Assembly (NCBI GenBank): GCA_038087875.1
Contig: CM075984.1
Coordinates: forward strand, 35,278,001-35,342,000
From: Malacoraja senta
Lineage: Eukaryota
Reading direction: 5' to 3'
DNA length: 64,000 nt
Positions 50,163-61,522 of this stretch are shown here, in pieces. The notes under the pieces are model-generated. The model did no database searches. It was not told where the DNA came from and saw only the letters and a list, made by a program, of their open reading frames with translations. The translations under genes were made by a program, and so were the position numbers. Position 1 is the first letter of the stretch. Each line of letters begins with the position of its first letter.

Positions 50163-52100
50163 TTAGAGTAGCTGTGCTGCAAAGGAACGGTTTCAGGGGT
50201 TTTGAAGATGAAGTATAATGCAGGACATTAACAATTCATATTTATTAGAATGCACGTAATAAACACCCTTTGTGCCTTGTCCAAAATATACCTCTTCACA
50301 TTTCACCACCGCTTTTACCCAGACATAGACAAGATATGAATGCCTAAAGCAAGATGAGAGTAGTCACTCTCAGTATCATTGCTGCAATGATTATTGCACC
50401 AACAAATCTGAGCATACCCAAGATGGAGGTGAAGAGGTGATACAGCAGAATGCCTTTAAGTACTTGGAGTGATGATTTCTGACATACTACTGACTGTGGG
50501 TGTTTTTAACCCAGTAATTCCTCATTGAGTGCTTTATTATGAAGCATACAAATCGTACATGGATCACGGATGTTCAATATTCATACGCATTCCCACATTT
50601 TCAGAGTGGTAAATATTCTTGCATTATTAAGAACCGGCAAGTCCTCCCAAATGGCAAGGGAATATAAATACCAGCCTTTTACTAACATCATTACTTCTTT
50701 AGAATGTATAAACAGGTCAAAATTAGATTAAACAACTGCAGTGTTTCAGCAAACAAGCTTCTGTAACCCCAGGAGAAATCACTCCTAGACATCAGTGCCA
50801 CATCTATATTGCCCATGTCACTTGTGGTTAAAGCCTGACTGAATAATATTGCTTGGTTTGCTCCATAATTTCTAGTGGTGTGTCCAGAGGGAATTGGATT
50901 ACATTGGTCAGCATTTTACCTCTTACATTTTTAAGCAATGCTGCAGTGGCGGAGCTTTTCCTCTCCTGTAATCTGTAATTGTTGTGCGGGGATTAGCTGG
51001 GCATAGACAAAGCCTCGCGTTTGCCACCACGGGATCCCCACGGTCCCAATGTCCTGGAGACCTCGCTGACACATCCACTGTGCCAGGCAGAATGGTTCCT
51101 GACTGATGAATGGGCATCGGGAAGCAGGATCTAAACACCACCTGATTACTTCTGACTGCTTTTACCAAAATGAGGCCTTGCCCACCATTTCTAATTGCTT
51201 CTGATGATCCTTTAGATATGGCCCCAAGAACATTTTTCAAAAGATCATTTGTCTAAAACATAATAAATGATATCAAAGCACATTATATTTTATTACGTTA
51301 AACACCGATTTAAATGAAAATAAAATAAATTAAAATGCAGCCACACTGTCCTTTGTACTGAAAGTTGGAATCTCTATGCAAACAAATCAGGCCATTAAAT
51401 GTGACTAGTGCAAGCCCTGGATTGTGGAGTCTATGTAATCTCTAACAAGATTAAGTATCACCTATGGATTCTGTACTCAGTTGAGGAACAGAGTAAGAGG
51501 TTAAATACCTAATGCAATAAGAGAGAACTGCACAGCAAGCACACATGCAGTAAGAAATTGCTTTGATCTCTATTAGTGGTGCTAAAACAGCGTCAGAGAT
51601 TTGCTACTTCATGGTGTAATAATGGGAATAATGAGGGTGGTGCCATCTGCCTTGAAGTTCAGAGGGACTTGGACAAGTTTGTGAAGAACACTGCCTGTAG
51701 GAGGCATATTCTTTACACACGGGCCCATAGAGGCATTCCATGCTTACAGTCAGGGGTTGCCAGACTAAAAAGACATGTCCAGTTTATGACTTTGAGGACT
51801 CCAAGCAAATGCTTATGATTTCCCTGTCTTTTCCTGTGGACCAAAAGAAGAGTAGATGACGTTTTTTCTCCTTGTGCGTGAAGTTTAGATGACCTCCCTC
51901 ATGAGCACAAGCTCTGCAATCTGCAAGAAATCAGCAGTGGTGTGGAATGTTACCGAGGCTTAGAAACTGACCATATCCAAAACCCAGGCACACATGGAAG
52001 GTTGCAAGAGGGGGCAGGTTGCAGTCACCAGAAAAAAATCTGGAGTATTATTCCTTTCAAATTGATATGGCTTCAGATGAAACAACTAATATTTCTATTA

Positions 52101-52405
52101 GTGGGAGAGTCTAGGACCTGAGGCCATAGCTCAGAATGTAACTTTAGAAAGGAGATGAGGAGGAATTTATTTAGTCAGAAGGTGGCGAATTTGTGGAATT
52201 CATTGCCACAGACGGCTGTAGAGGCCAAGTCATTGGATATTTTTAAGGTGCAGATTGGCAGATTCATGATTACTAAGGGTTATGGGGAGAAGGCAGGAGA
52301 ATGGGGTTGCGAGGAAATGATAGATCAGCCATAATTGAATGGCGGAGTAGACTTGAAGGGCTGAATGGCCGAATTCTGCTCCTATAACTTATGAAATTTT
52401 GAACT
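52101..52405 (+). mobile_element. CR1 LINE 3' fragment
   Basis: GESRT.GHS..EMRRN..W NSLP motifs; tail as at 29800. Confidence 0.8.
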
Positions 52406-52508
52406 TATGAAACAAGGTTACTTAATGTTGATTGTTTTGTAAGTAAATAAGAATTCTTGTTTTCAGAGCAGTGAGGTTTTCCTAGGGACAGTTTATACAT
52501 ATTGCATT

Positions 52509-52833
52509 GGGCGGCCACGGTGGCGCAGCGGTTTAGTTGCAGCCTTACAGTGCTTGCAGCACTGGAGACCTGGGTTCGATCCCGACTACGGGTGTTGTCT
52601 GTACAGAGTCTGCATGTTCTCCCCGTGACCACATGGGTTTTCTCCGAGATCTTTGGTTTCCTCCCACACTCCAAAGACATACGGGTTTGTAGGTTAATTG
52701 GCTTGGTATATGTGTAAATTGTCCCTGGTGTGTGTAGGATATTGTTAATGTGCAGGGATTGCTGGTCGGTGCGGATTCGGTGGGCCAAATGGCCTGTTTC
52801 TGCGCTGTATCTCTAAACTAAACTAAACTAAAC
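52509..52833 (+). mobile_element. Full-length tRNA-derived V-SINE (HE1-like)
   Basis: A box TGGCGCAGCGG (52521) and B box GGTTCGATCCC (52573). V-domain gtttcctcccacactccaaagac, CR1-like tail gggcc..gcctgtttc, and (aaact)n end. Confidence 0.9.
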
Positions 52834-53396
52834 ATTGCTGGTGTTGTCACATGATAAAAGATATCAGTCCAGACTGATGGACTGGTATGAATTTTATGAA
52901 TATATATTAAGAACTAAAGGGTAACTGGGGAAAGAATAGCGCCCATTAGGGACTGAAGAGGAAATCTGTTCATGGAGTCAGGTCATAGGTTAGATCTTTA
53001 ATAAATACTTTTCATCTGTTTTTGCGAAGGAGAAAGACATTGCAGTTGGAGATATAATTTGGGACAATTAAATTCTCGAGCATGTTAAGAATTAAATGGG
53101 GGAGGTATTAGAGGTCTTAATGAAGGCTGTCCAGTCCCAACTAACAGTTGTCCAGGTACAACAATGTATTAAATGTCATGGCATACTACATGGTTAGTAT
53201 GCCATGACTCGCTAGTACTCAGATACAGACAGTGCAGTACATTTTGACCTTTCACCTGATACCATTGATATTCAGAGAGATTTAAAACATTAAAATTGTT
53301 TAAAATCAATAACAACATTTTCAAAGTAGATTATTTACAATAAAAAAAACCTATCAAACAAATAAAATAAACAAATAAAACCAAGTTTTAAAAAAA

Positions 53397-53517
53397 TGTA
53401 GAAACAAGGAACTGCGTATGCTGATTTACACAAAGTGTTGGAGTAACTCAGTGGGTCAGGCAGCATCTCTGGAGAACATTGATAGATGACTTTTTAGGCC
53501 AGGACCCTTCTTCAGAT
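53397..53517 (-). mobile_element. Penelope-terminal-repeat copy (degenerate)
   Basis: ggaactgcgtatgctg...ggacccttcttcaga. Further degenerate copies lie near 19330, 24850, 26830, 35100-35340 and 56380. Confidence 0.65.
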
Positions 53518-53756
53518 CAATTTTTCTGTCCTGATTTCCCAAGGGAGAAAGTGAGTGGAGACTCTGGTTCCATGGCAGGTGTGACTGCAGCAAGGCTGTC
53601 ATTCATCACCTATCATGTCCCGCCTGTTGTAGTGGGTCAACGTGACCCTGTCACTGACTCACCCGGCAGAGGCTGAATGATGGCAGCATCCCTCTGCCAC
53701 ATGTTTATGAGGAGATTCTAGGTTTAATTCAGACAACAACATTTCTTGTATTTCCA

Positions 53757-54040
53757 ATTAGTTTAGTTTAGAAATAAGGCACGGAAACAGGCCCCTTGGA
53801 CCATCAAGTCCGTGCTGATCGGCGATCACCCCTTACACTTGCACTATCCTACACACTGGGGGAAATTTACAATATTTACTAAAGTCACATTAAAGAGGAA
53901 ATCAGAGTACGCGAGGAAAACCCACGGGGTCACAGGGAGAACGTACAAACACCATATAGGCAATACCCTGGGTCAGAATTGAACCCGGATCTCTGGAACT
54001 GTAAGGCAGCAACTCTACTGCTGCGCCACTGTGCCACCCT
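53757..54040 (-). mobile_element. V-SINE
   Basis: Reverse complement of the same family (ttagtttagtttag..ggaaacaggcc..gctgcgccactgtgccaccct). Confidence 0.85.
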
Positions 54041-57000
54041 AAATTTCAGGGCCTGTGGTATTCATAGGAAACATTTTTTCAATCCATCAGTTCTGTTTGA
54101 AATTCTATGGTCTTGGAAATGTCCATTTAATACGTTATGGTTTACTGTGTATTTTAGTCGATGTCAAAGAGCTTATTATATATAAGAGGGTAGGATAATA
54201 AAACAAAACCTTGCCCAATTAACAGAGATTATACCTTGCAAGGTAGAATAGAGTGGAATGAATTACATACAGAATTACACTGAATTTGCAGCAAAGTAAT
54301 GTGCCATATAATCTATCTGGTTTATGCTCTTCACAGGCCTCCTCCCAATGTACTTTACCTAACTCCAACCACATGCTCCATTCCTTTCACTAATATTTGC
54401 AAATCTGACCTTTACTTGTATGTGTTTTTATCAATCACTCTACCCTTTGCTATGGCAAGTTCTGCATCCGCATGACTCTGTGGTTTAAGAGATGTTCCCT
54501 GAAACCTGAATGAGTCACCATCTTATGTTTATGCACTGTGTTCTAAAGCAAACATTGAGGGGATTAGTTTGCTTTGCGTGATGTTGAAAAATATATCTCA
54601 GATGGTAATGCCGTGTGCTTAACTCGTTCTCCGCTGTGCCGTCGTGGGTCATCAGCATTTCAGTTTCACACCCACACAGTTGCATATTTTCCATTCACTC
54701 ATCACCCTGCTGCCAGTGTGGAAGTGTTTGGAATATGAAATTGCCAGTGTGAAGAAGTGATGAGTGGAGCAAATTGGTCGGAAATAATTACTCTGCAATC
54801 CCAACTGGGAAGGATTAAAGGAATTAAGTGACATGTTCAGAAATCATGGAAACTTAAATGCAAGGTGTAATTATCCTCATGATTTATCGTACATTACACC
54901 TGTCAAAAAACGTTGTTTCAAATTCAACTGTAGAAGATGAGGGTTTTGTTTTTTTCTCACAATGACGTCGGATACGAGAATCAGTTAAATCTATTTTATA
55001 CTGTTCAAAAAGGGGAAATCAAGACCATTGTCTTAAGGGGAACAAGAAGTAGAAGTTAGAAAATAAATAGAATGTGAAGAGCAATTTTATGACTTTACTT
55101 TTACCTTTAATATTTTGTATTTTAATATTTCTTCTGCTTTTCAATCTGTTTATTCTTTCAAACAGAAGGGAGACAGGTGGATGGTGTAGCGGGCTGCTCA
55201 CAACACTTTTCTAACAGTTCAAAAATCAAAATGATATTTTAACGGCTTTAACGTCCTTATGCCTGCTTGGCAAAAATTAAATGATTGTTGCTGCTAATAA
55301 CTGCTCTGGCAGATTGCAGTTCTTCATCAATGAAATTATATGATGGTGAACCCATAGTCTCTATTTCAGTGACCGCTTGTCACCCCTCTCCCTCTTTATC
55401 GTCCACTCTCTTCCCTTCTTATCCTTGACCCTCTCCTCTCTTCCCTGTTCTCTTTCCCCATTCTTCTCCCTTTCTCTTAGTGAGAAAAATATAAAGGTTG
55501 ATGAAATGAGGTCAAAGGTTTATATAAGAGAGAGGCCAAATTGTGAACTGCAAGTGATTGTGCAGCACATAATGTTGGGAAGCTAACTCAGTTATAAAAT
55601 GAGGTTGACCCAAGTGCACATTCCTGGTCTAAGTGATGCAGTAACGCCCAGATAGACTGTGGTGTCAGTCAGCATGAATTGTTAATTTACTGCCAGCGCA
55701 GCCATTTTAAAAGTAATTTGTACAATTCGATGACAATTTGCACAGCTGGACTGGTGTCTGTCAAAGGTGAGTTTCTCTGACATTGGAAGGATCCACAGCA
55801 TCTTATAGATTGATTTCAATGGACTGCTTATTTTCATTCTGTGTGGTGGCTGCTTTCCAGATTTCTTTAAAGTTTGTGAAAGTCAAGAAGGAGTGGTGAG
55901 GCAAGAGCTGAAGGATGTGATCTAAAGGCTTCTCCATTAACTATTTCATCCAGGGGAAGTGCATTAGTAGACATTCCAGCTGGATTAAAACACATGGTGT
56001 AATAAGCAGGTGGTACACCAAATTTACAAGTGGGAGAAGGAGAGGAGGAATGCCCCCCTCAGTGGTCACATCTGGCCAGTTTATTAAAGGAGCAATTCTC
56101 CCACTTCCACCTTAATGAGAAGCAGTATGACTTCAGTAAGACCATCCATACTGAAACCTGCTACCTTCTACAAAGCCAAGGGCAACCTCAGAGCAGGGCA
56201 AGGACTGCTTTGTCAGTGCCTGCCAATGGCCAGCGACTTTGATGCACTGATCTAATTCCAGGCTAGAGTGGGAATATTTACAACATCAGTAGTTATTCAA
56301 CGGCTATTGGTAAACACTCTTTCCAAAGTGCACTGACTAAACATCATCCCAAATTGCCATAGGGCTATGTAATAAGAAGGAACTGCAGATGCTGGTTTAT
56401 ACTGAAGATGGACACATAGTGCTGGAGCAAATCAGCAGGTCAGATGCTATCCATGAATGAATGACTGGCACTGTGTGCATGTAATAAGCTGCTGGCATGC
56501 AGTTTGAAGCAGAATGTGAGAGTGAAATCAACATTTTCTATGGTATATTTCTCCTGATTTATTGACACCTTTGATAGGTAAGCAATGAGCTGAAGTACAT
56601 TGGGATGTGGCACTTGATAGTGTGTTCACCTGATCATTGATGTACCTTGCACCATTGCATCCAAAACCATGTTTCTTCACCCCTGACATGGCCATCTGAA
56701 ATAAATCAGAAAGCCCTCTGACTCCCTTTAAATAGAACACATTTACCCTTCACATTCTGCATCAAGGGCTACAGTGGAGCTTAGCTTATCCTAACCTTAG
56801 CTTCTCCCATGCTGCTCCATTCTTAATTACCTACTGGGTCAGAATGTGCTCCAGCAGGCCTGGCAACACCAGCTTCATGTACAATGCATTTCTACTTAAC
56901 AGGTCCACTTTGGCTCTGAGAAATGCAGGCTCATTGTTGCTGGTCACTTGTAAATGTTATCTACAGCTGAGGTATGTTGCTAGTGAAAGCAGACTTAACA

Positions 57001-57054
57001 TGAAGCCACCATGTAGCTTATGCAGCTGCAAAATAGTTTTAATCTTGTAGGGTA

Positions 57055-57744
57055 TGAAACATAGAAATATAGAAAATAGGTGCAGGAGTGGGCCATCCGG
57101 CCCTTTGAACCAGCACCGGCATTCAATATGATCACGGCTGATTATCCAAAATCAGTACCACGTTCCTGCTTTCTCCCCATATCGCTTGATTTCGTTAGCC
57201 CTAGGAGCTCTATCTAACTCTCTCTTGAAAACATCCAGTGAATTGGCCTCCACTGCCTTCTGTGGCAGAGAATTCCACAGATTCACAACTCTCTGGGTGA
57301 AAACGTTTTTCCTCATCTCAGTCCTAAATGGCCTACCTCTTATTCTTACACTGTGACCCCTGGTTCTGGACTCCTCCAACATCGGGAATTTTTTTCTTGC
57401 ATCTAGCCTGTCCAATCCCTTAAGAATTTTATATGTTTCTATAAAATCCCTTCTCATCCTTCTAAATTCCAGTGAATATAACCCCAGCCGATCATCATTC
57501 TTTCATCATATATCAGTCCCGGGATTTTACCTCGTGAAACTACGCTGCACTCCCTCAATAGCAAGAATGTACTTCCTCAAATTAGGAGACCAAAACTGCA
57601 CACAATACTCCAGGTGTAGTCTCACCAGGGCCCTGTACAACTGCAGTAGGACCTCCTTGCTCCTATACTTAAATCCTCTTGTTATGAAGGCCCACATGCC
57701 ATTTGCTTTCCTCACTGCCTGCTGTACCTGCATGCTTACTTTCA
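57055..57744 (-). mobile_element. CR1 LINE 3' fragment
   Basis: ORFs 57152-57457 and 57527-57790 (KANGM...[19 protein letters not shown]). Confidence 0.92.
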
Positions 57745-58029
57745 GTATGCATTGACACTGTAATTTTGGTTGTGCTGTTACGACTTTCACTCATTTATTT
57801 TTCCAGCATAATATTGCATTGTCAACTATCACCTGCCATGATGCTCTCATTGGTGTACCAAATAAATGGTGCAGGTCTGGATTTTTCACAATTATTTAAA
57901 ATGCTTGTTGAAAATAAAGGCAACCCTTTTTCTATATGTTTTCAAATATCCAAACTAATATTGAGAATAAGAAATATAAAGAAATGAAACCTGAGAAAAT
58001 TCACAAAAAATGTGATTGAATATTAAAAA

Positions 58030-58835
58030 ATAGAACAGTATTACAAAAGAACAGGCCCTTTGGCCCATGATGTTTGTGCTGCACAGGATGCCCATTCAAA
58101 CTAATTCCTTCTGCCTGCATATGATCCACATCATTCCATTTTGTGCATATTAACCTCCAATATGCTCTGAACTACAAAGACTTGGCGGCATCAGTTTTGT
58201 CTTTTTAATGATTACTGTTTGTTTGTTTTTACGTGTACGTATATGTGCTTGTGTGTATATAAATATATATATACATGTGTATATGTATGTATACATGTGT
58301 ATATGTTTGTATACATACACTGAACTTTTATTTACTTGTTTATTATATTGTATACAGTGTACTATGTTTACATATTGCTGCAAGTAAGAATTTCATTGTT
58401 CTATCTGGGACTCTTGATTATTCTTGACTCTTGACTTGATTATTGTGCCTATCTAAAAGCCTTTTAAATGCCACAGTATTTCCTGCTTCCACCACCACTC
58501 CTGGCAGCATATACCAGGCACCCACTACTTTCTTTAAAAAAAACTTGACCCGCATTTCTCCTTTAAGCTTTCTTCCTCTCACCTTACATCTGTGTCTGCT
58601 GAAATTTGACATTTCAACCATGGGGTAAAAGGTTCTGACTGCAATCCTATCAATACTTATCATAATTTTATGAAGTTCTATCAAGTCTCCCTCAGCCTCC
58701 GACACTCCAGAGAAAACAATCCAAGTGTGTCCAACCTCTGTGTAGTTAAAACCCACTAGTCCAGGCAGTATTCTGGTGAACCTTTTCTGCACCCTTTCCA
58801 GAACCTCCACATCCTTTCTATAATAGGGTGACTAG
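58030..58835 (-). mobile_element. CR1 LINE 3' fragment interrupted by a + strand retroposon tail (~58150-58440)
   Basis: ORF 58418-58810 LERVQKRFTRILPG..GDLI... The insert has TG/TA microsatellites and ends (tcttgac)n. Confidence 0.8.
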
Positions 58836-61039
58836 AAAAGCAGTGAACTATCTCACATTTTAATGGTTTCTCTGATCTTTTTTTATTTAAAGGCCTCAAC
58901 TCTCTTGAAAGCCCAAGATTGATGTTGTGCTCTGAGTTATGTGCTGGTTGAATGCAGATGGTGTGGTCTGAGCACGTTTCTTGATGTTTTGCCCAAAATG
59001 GTATAACTGTTCCTACTGTTATAAAACAATGTATTCACAGACAGACTGTGTTTTACTGTGAAAGACCTACCAGTGACGAATGAAGGAATGAGGCATGCCG
59101 TTAATCTGTCGGGATGCATCGGGCTGTGTTATTTTTAGGAATGAGATTCATGAAAATTCATCGCCTTTTTAAATCAAAGTTCCCAGTCCAAATGAATAAG
59201 TGTTCAATCCCGGATTTTCTTACTGGTTGCATCTTTGCCAATGCACCTTGAACAATACAAACACTGGTGGACATTATTTGAATGATCTGTAGATTTGAAT
59301 GATCTCCGAGACAACGATTCAATAAGGGTTCTGTAAAGCATTCTGGTTATTGAATAACGATGAAAGTGTTGGACGCAGTCAGTAGTAAGCTGCAAGGAAC
59401 TCCCAAAGACACAGAAGGAAGCCACTCAGCCCAGCTTGACCTCACTATCTCATTTCACCCATTTACTTTCGCACATTGCTTTCTCCTTTGCATTCTCATG
59501 GAAATTGCTCCTCTTTTACCCGCCACATGTTTGCCCCACTGGCAAACTACACTGGCAAATTTAACCTACCAATGCGTACGTCTTTGCGATGGTGCAGGAA
59601 ACTGGAAGACCCAGGACCCGCGATTGATGGGAGAACATGCAAACTCCACACAGTCAGAACCTGAGTTGGGGATCGTAACTGGGACTCTTGAGCTGTGCAG
59701 TAGCAGCACCAACTGCTGCAAGGTAGGGCTCCCCTCTGTACAGCTGGTATTTTCAAAATAAGTGCTTTATAGGGTTCTAGCTTATTGATTAAATAGCCTT
59801 GATTTTGTTTTATTTCGCTGGTACATATTTAACATGTACAAGAAGGGTAGTGCTGCAGAAGATTTTGAAAAATTGAATTTTGACAGCAAGATTCAGCACT
59901 CATGAAAGTACAGGGGCTGCAACACCGGTTGCACCGGACATGCTGCTATTACTGCAGAAAATCCATGGACTGAACGTATAACGTGCAATCGCTCCAGGTT
60001 TTACCATGGGGGGGCGGTGGTAAACAGGACGTTTCCGAGCAGAAATAATTCGGAGAATATTAATGCAGTTCTTTTGGACGCATGTATTTCATTCTGGCCT
60101 TGTATCAAATAATTTGATACACAGCCGTTGATCCTGTGTGGGAAAGGTACAACTTGTCTTTGTAAGTTGGCACACAAACATTCAGCTTTTATTAAATTCA
60201 GTGGGTTTGAAATTTGCTTCACTGTTTTTTAATAAAACCTCACTGCTGGTAATGTTTTGAGCTGAGTTATTACAGCAGGGTGGAGCCCATATGGTGTTAT
60301 TGAATCAAAGTTCCTGCAGTTGAAATCTTGGTACGTCTGAGTATATTAATGATGACCAACATTTATAAGGTAAAATGTAGAATTTTCATAGTGGCTGAAC
60401 CAAAATAAGATGTTCGGACAGGTGAATGAAAGCTTGGTTAAAGACGAAGACTTTATGAAGCCAGAGAGTCAGAGAGAATCCAGCACTTTGGACCAAGAGA
60501 ATTAAGGTACTGTGGGCACATGGTGGATTGAAGGAACAAATGGGTAGAGTTGGGGGACTGTAGATTCTTAGGAGGATTGTAAGACTGGAGGTGGTCAAAG
60601 GGACTGCATGGAACCAAATCAATGGAAGGATCTGAACATGAGGATGTGGATTTTAAAATAAATATGTTAGTGCCTCAGGAGCTAGTGCAGGATTTATGAG
60701 TGTAAATTTATGAACTGCTCTCAGGAACAGTACCCTATTGTAAACTGGGGATCTTCTGTCATTATGGCTTTCCCATGCACACGTGGTCTAGTATAGAAAT
60801 CTAAGAAGAACTGGCAACTGGGTGTATTCACAACTGAATCACCCAGCAGAAGGGCGGCACAGTGGCGCAATGGTAGAGTTGCTGCTTTACAGCACCAGAG
60901 ATCCGGGTTCAATCCTGACTATGGGTGCTGTCTGTATGGAATTTGTATGTTCTCTCTGTGGCCGCGTGGGTTTTCTCTGGGCGCTCCGGTTTCCTCCAGT
61001 TTCCTCCCATGCCTCAAAAGATGTACAGGTTTGTAGGTT

Positions 61040-61140
61040 GATCAGTCTGTAGAAGGGTTTCGGCCCAAAACGTTGCCTATTTCCTTCGCTCCATAGATGC
61101 TGCCTCACCCGCTGAGTTTCTCCAGCATTTTTGTCTACCC
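61040..61140 (+). mobile_element. 101-bp Penelope-terminal-repeat insertion nested in a V-SINE
   Basis: 14-bp TSD caggtttgtaggtt (61026-61039 / 61141-61154). Begins 7 nt before ctgtagaagggtttcggcccaaaacgtt. Confidence 0.82.
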
Positions 61141-61178
61141 CAGGTTTGTAGGTTAATTGTTTTCGGTAAAATTGTGAA

Positions 61179-61303
61179 ATGTCTGAGAGTGGGCTCAATT
61201 GGGGAGATCTGGAAAGAACTGCCAACAACCAAGTGAGGTGAAGGACATTTGTCAATGGCCTGTGTACGCTCCCTAGAGGAGCAAAGGGCTTAAGAAGAAG
61301 AAG
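61179..61303 (+). mobile_element. RTE-clade LINE extreme 3' end
   Basis: Encodes SGLNWGDLERTANNQVR*RTFVNGLC. Has an (aag)n tail and an 11-bp TSD aaaattgtgaa (61168-61178 / 61304-61314). Confidence 0.65.
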
Positions 61304-61522
61304 AAAATTGTGAATTGAATGAATGAATGAATGAATGTTTATTGGCCAATTATTCACATACAAGGAATTTGCCTTGGTGCTCCGCCCGCAAGTGAAAATG
61401 ACATACAGTGACTCTAGTTGTTTCTAGTGTGTAGGATAGTGCTGGTGTATGGGATGATTGCTGGTTGGCGCGGACTCGGTGGGCTGAAGAGCCTGATTCA
61501 GCGCTATATCTCTAAAGTCTTA

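Larger units (their letters stand above)
60851..61520 (+). mobile_element. V-SINE carrying three nested insertions
   Basis: A/B boxes at ~60863 and ~60906; tail gggctgaagagcctg..atctctaaa. Inserts at 61040-61140, 61179-61303 and ~61315-61412. Confidence 0.85.

Noticed and set aside
52509-52590. tRNA gene
   Set aside because: A/B boxes are present but continue into the V-SINE body and LINE-like tail, so this is a SINE head and not a tRNA.
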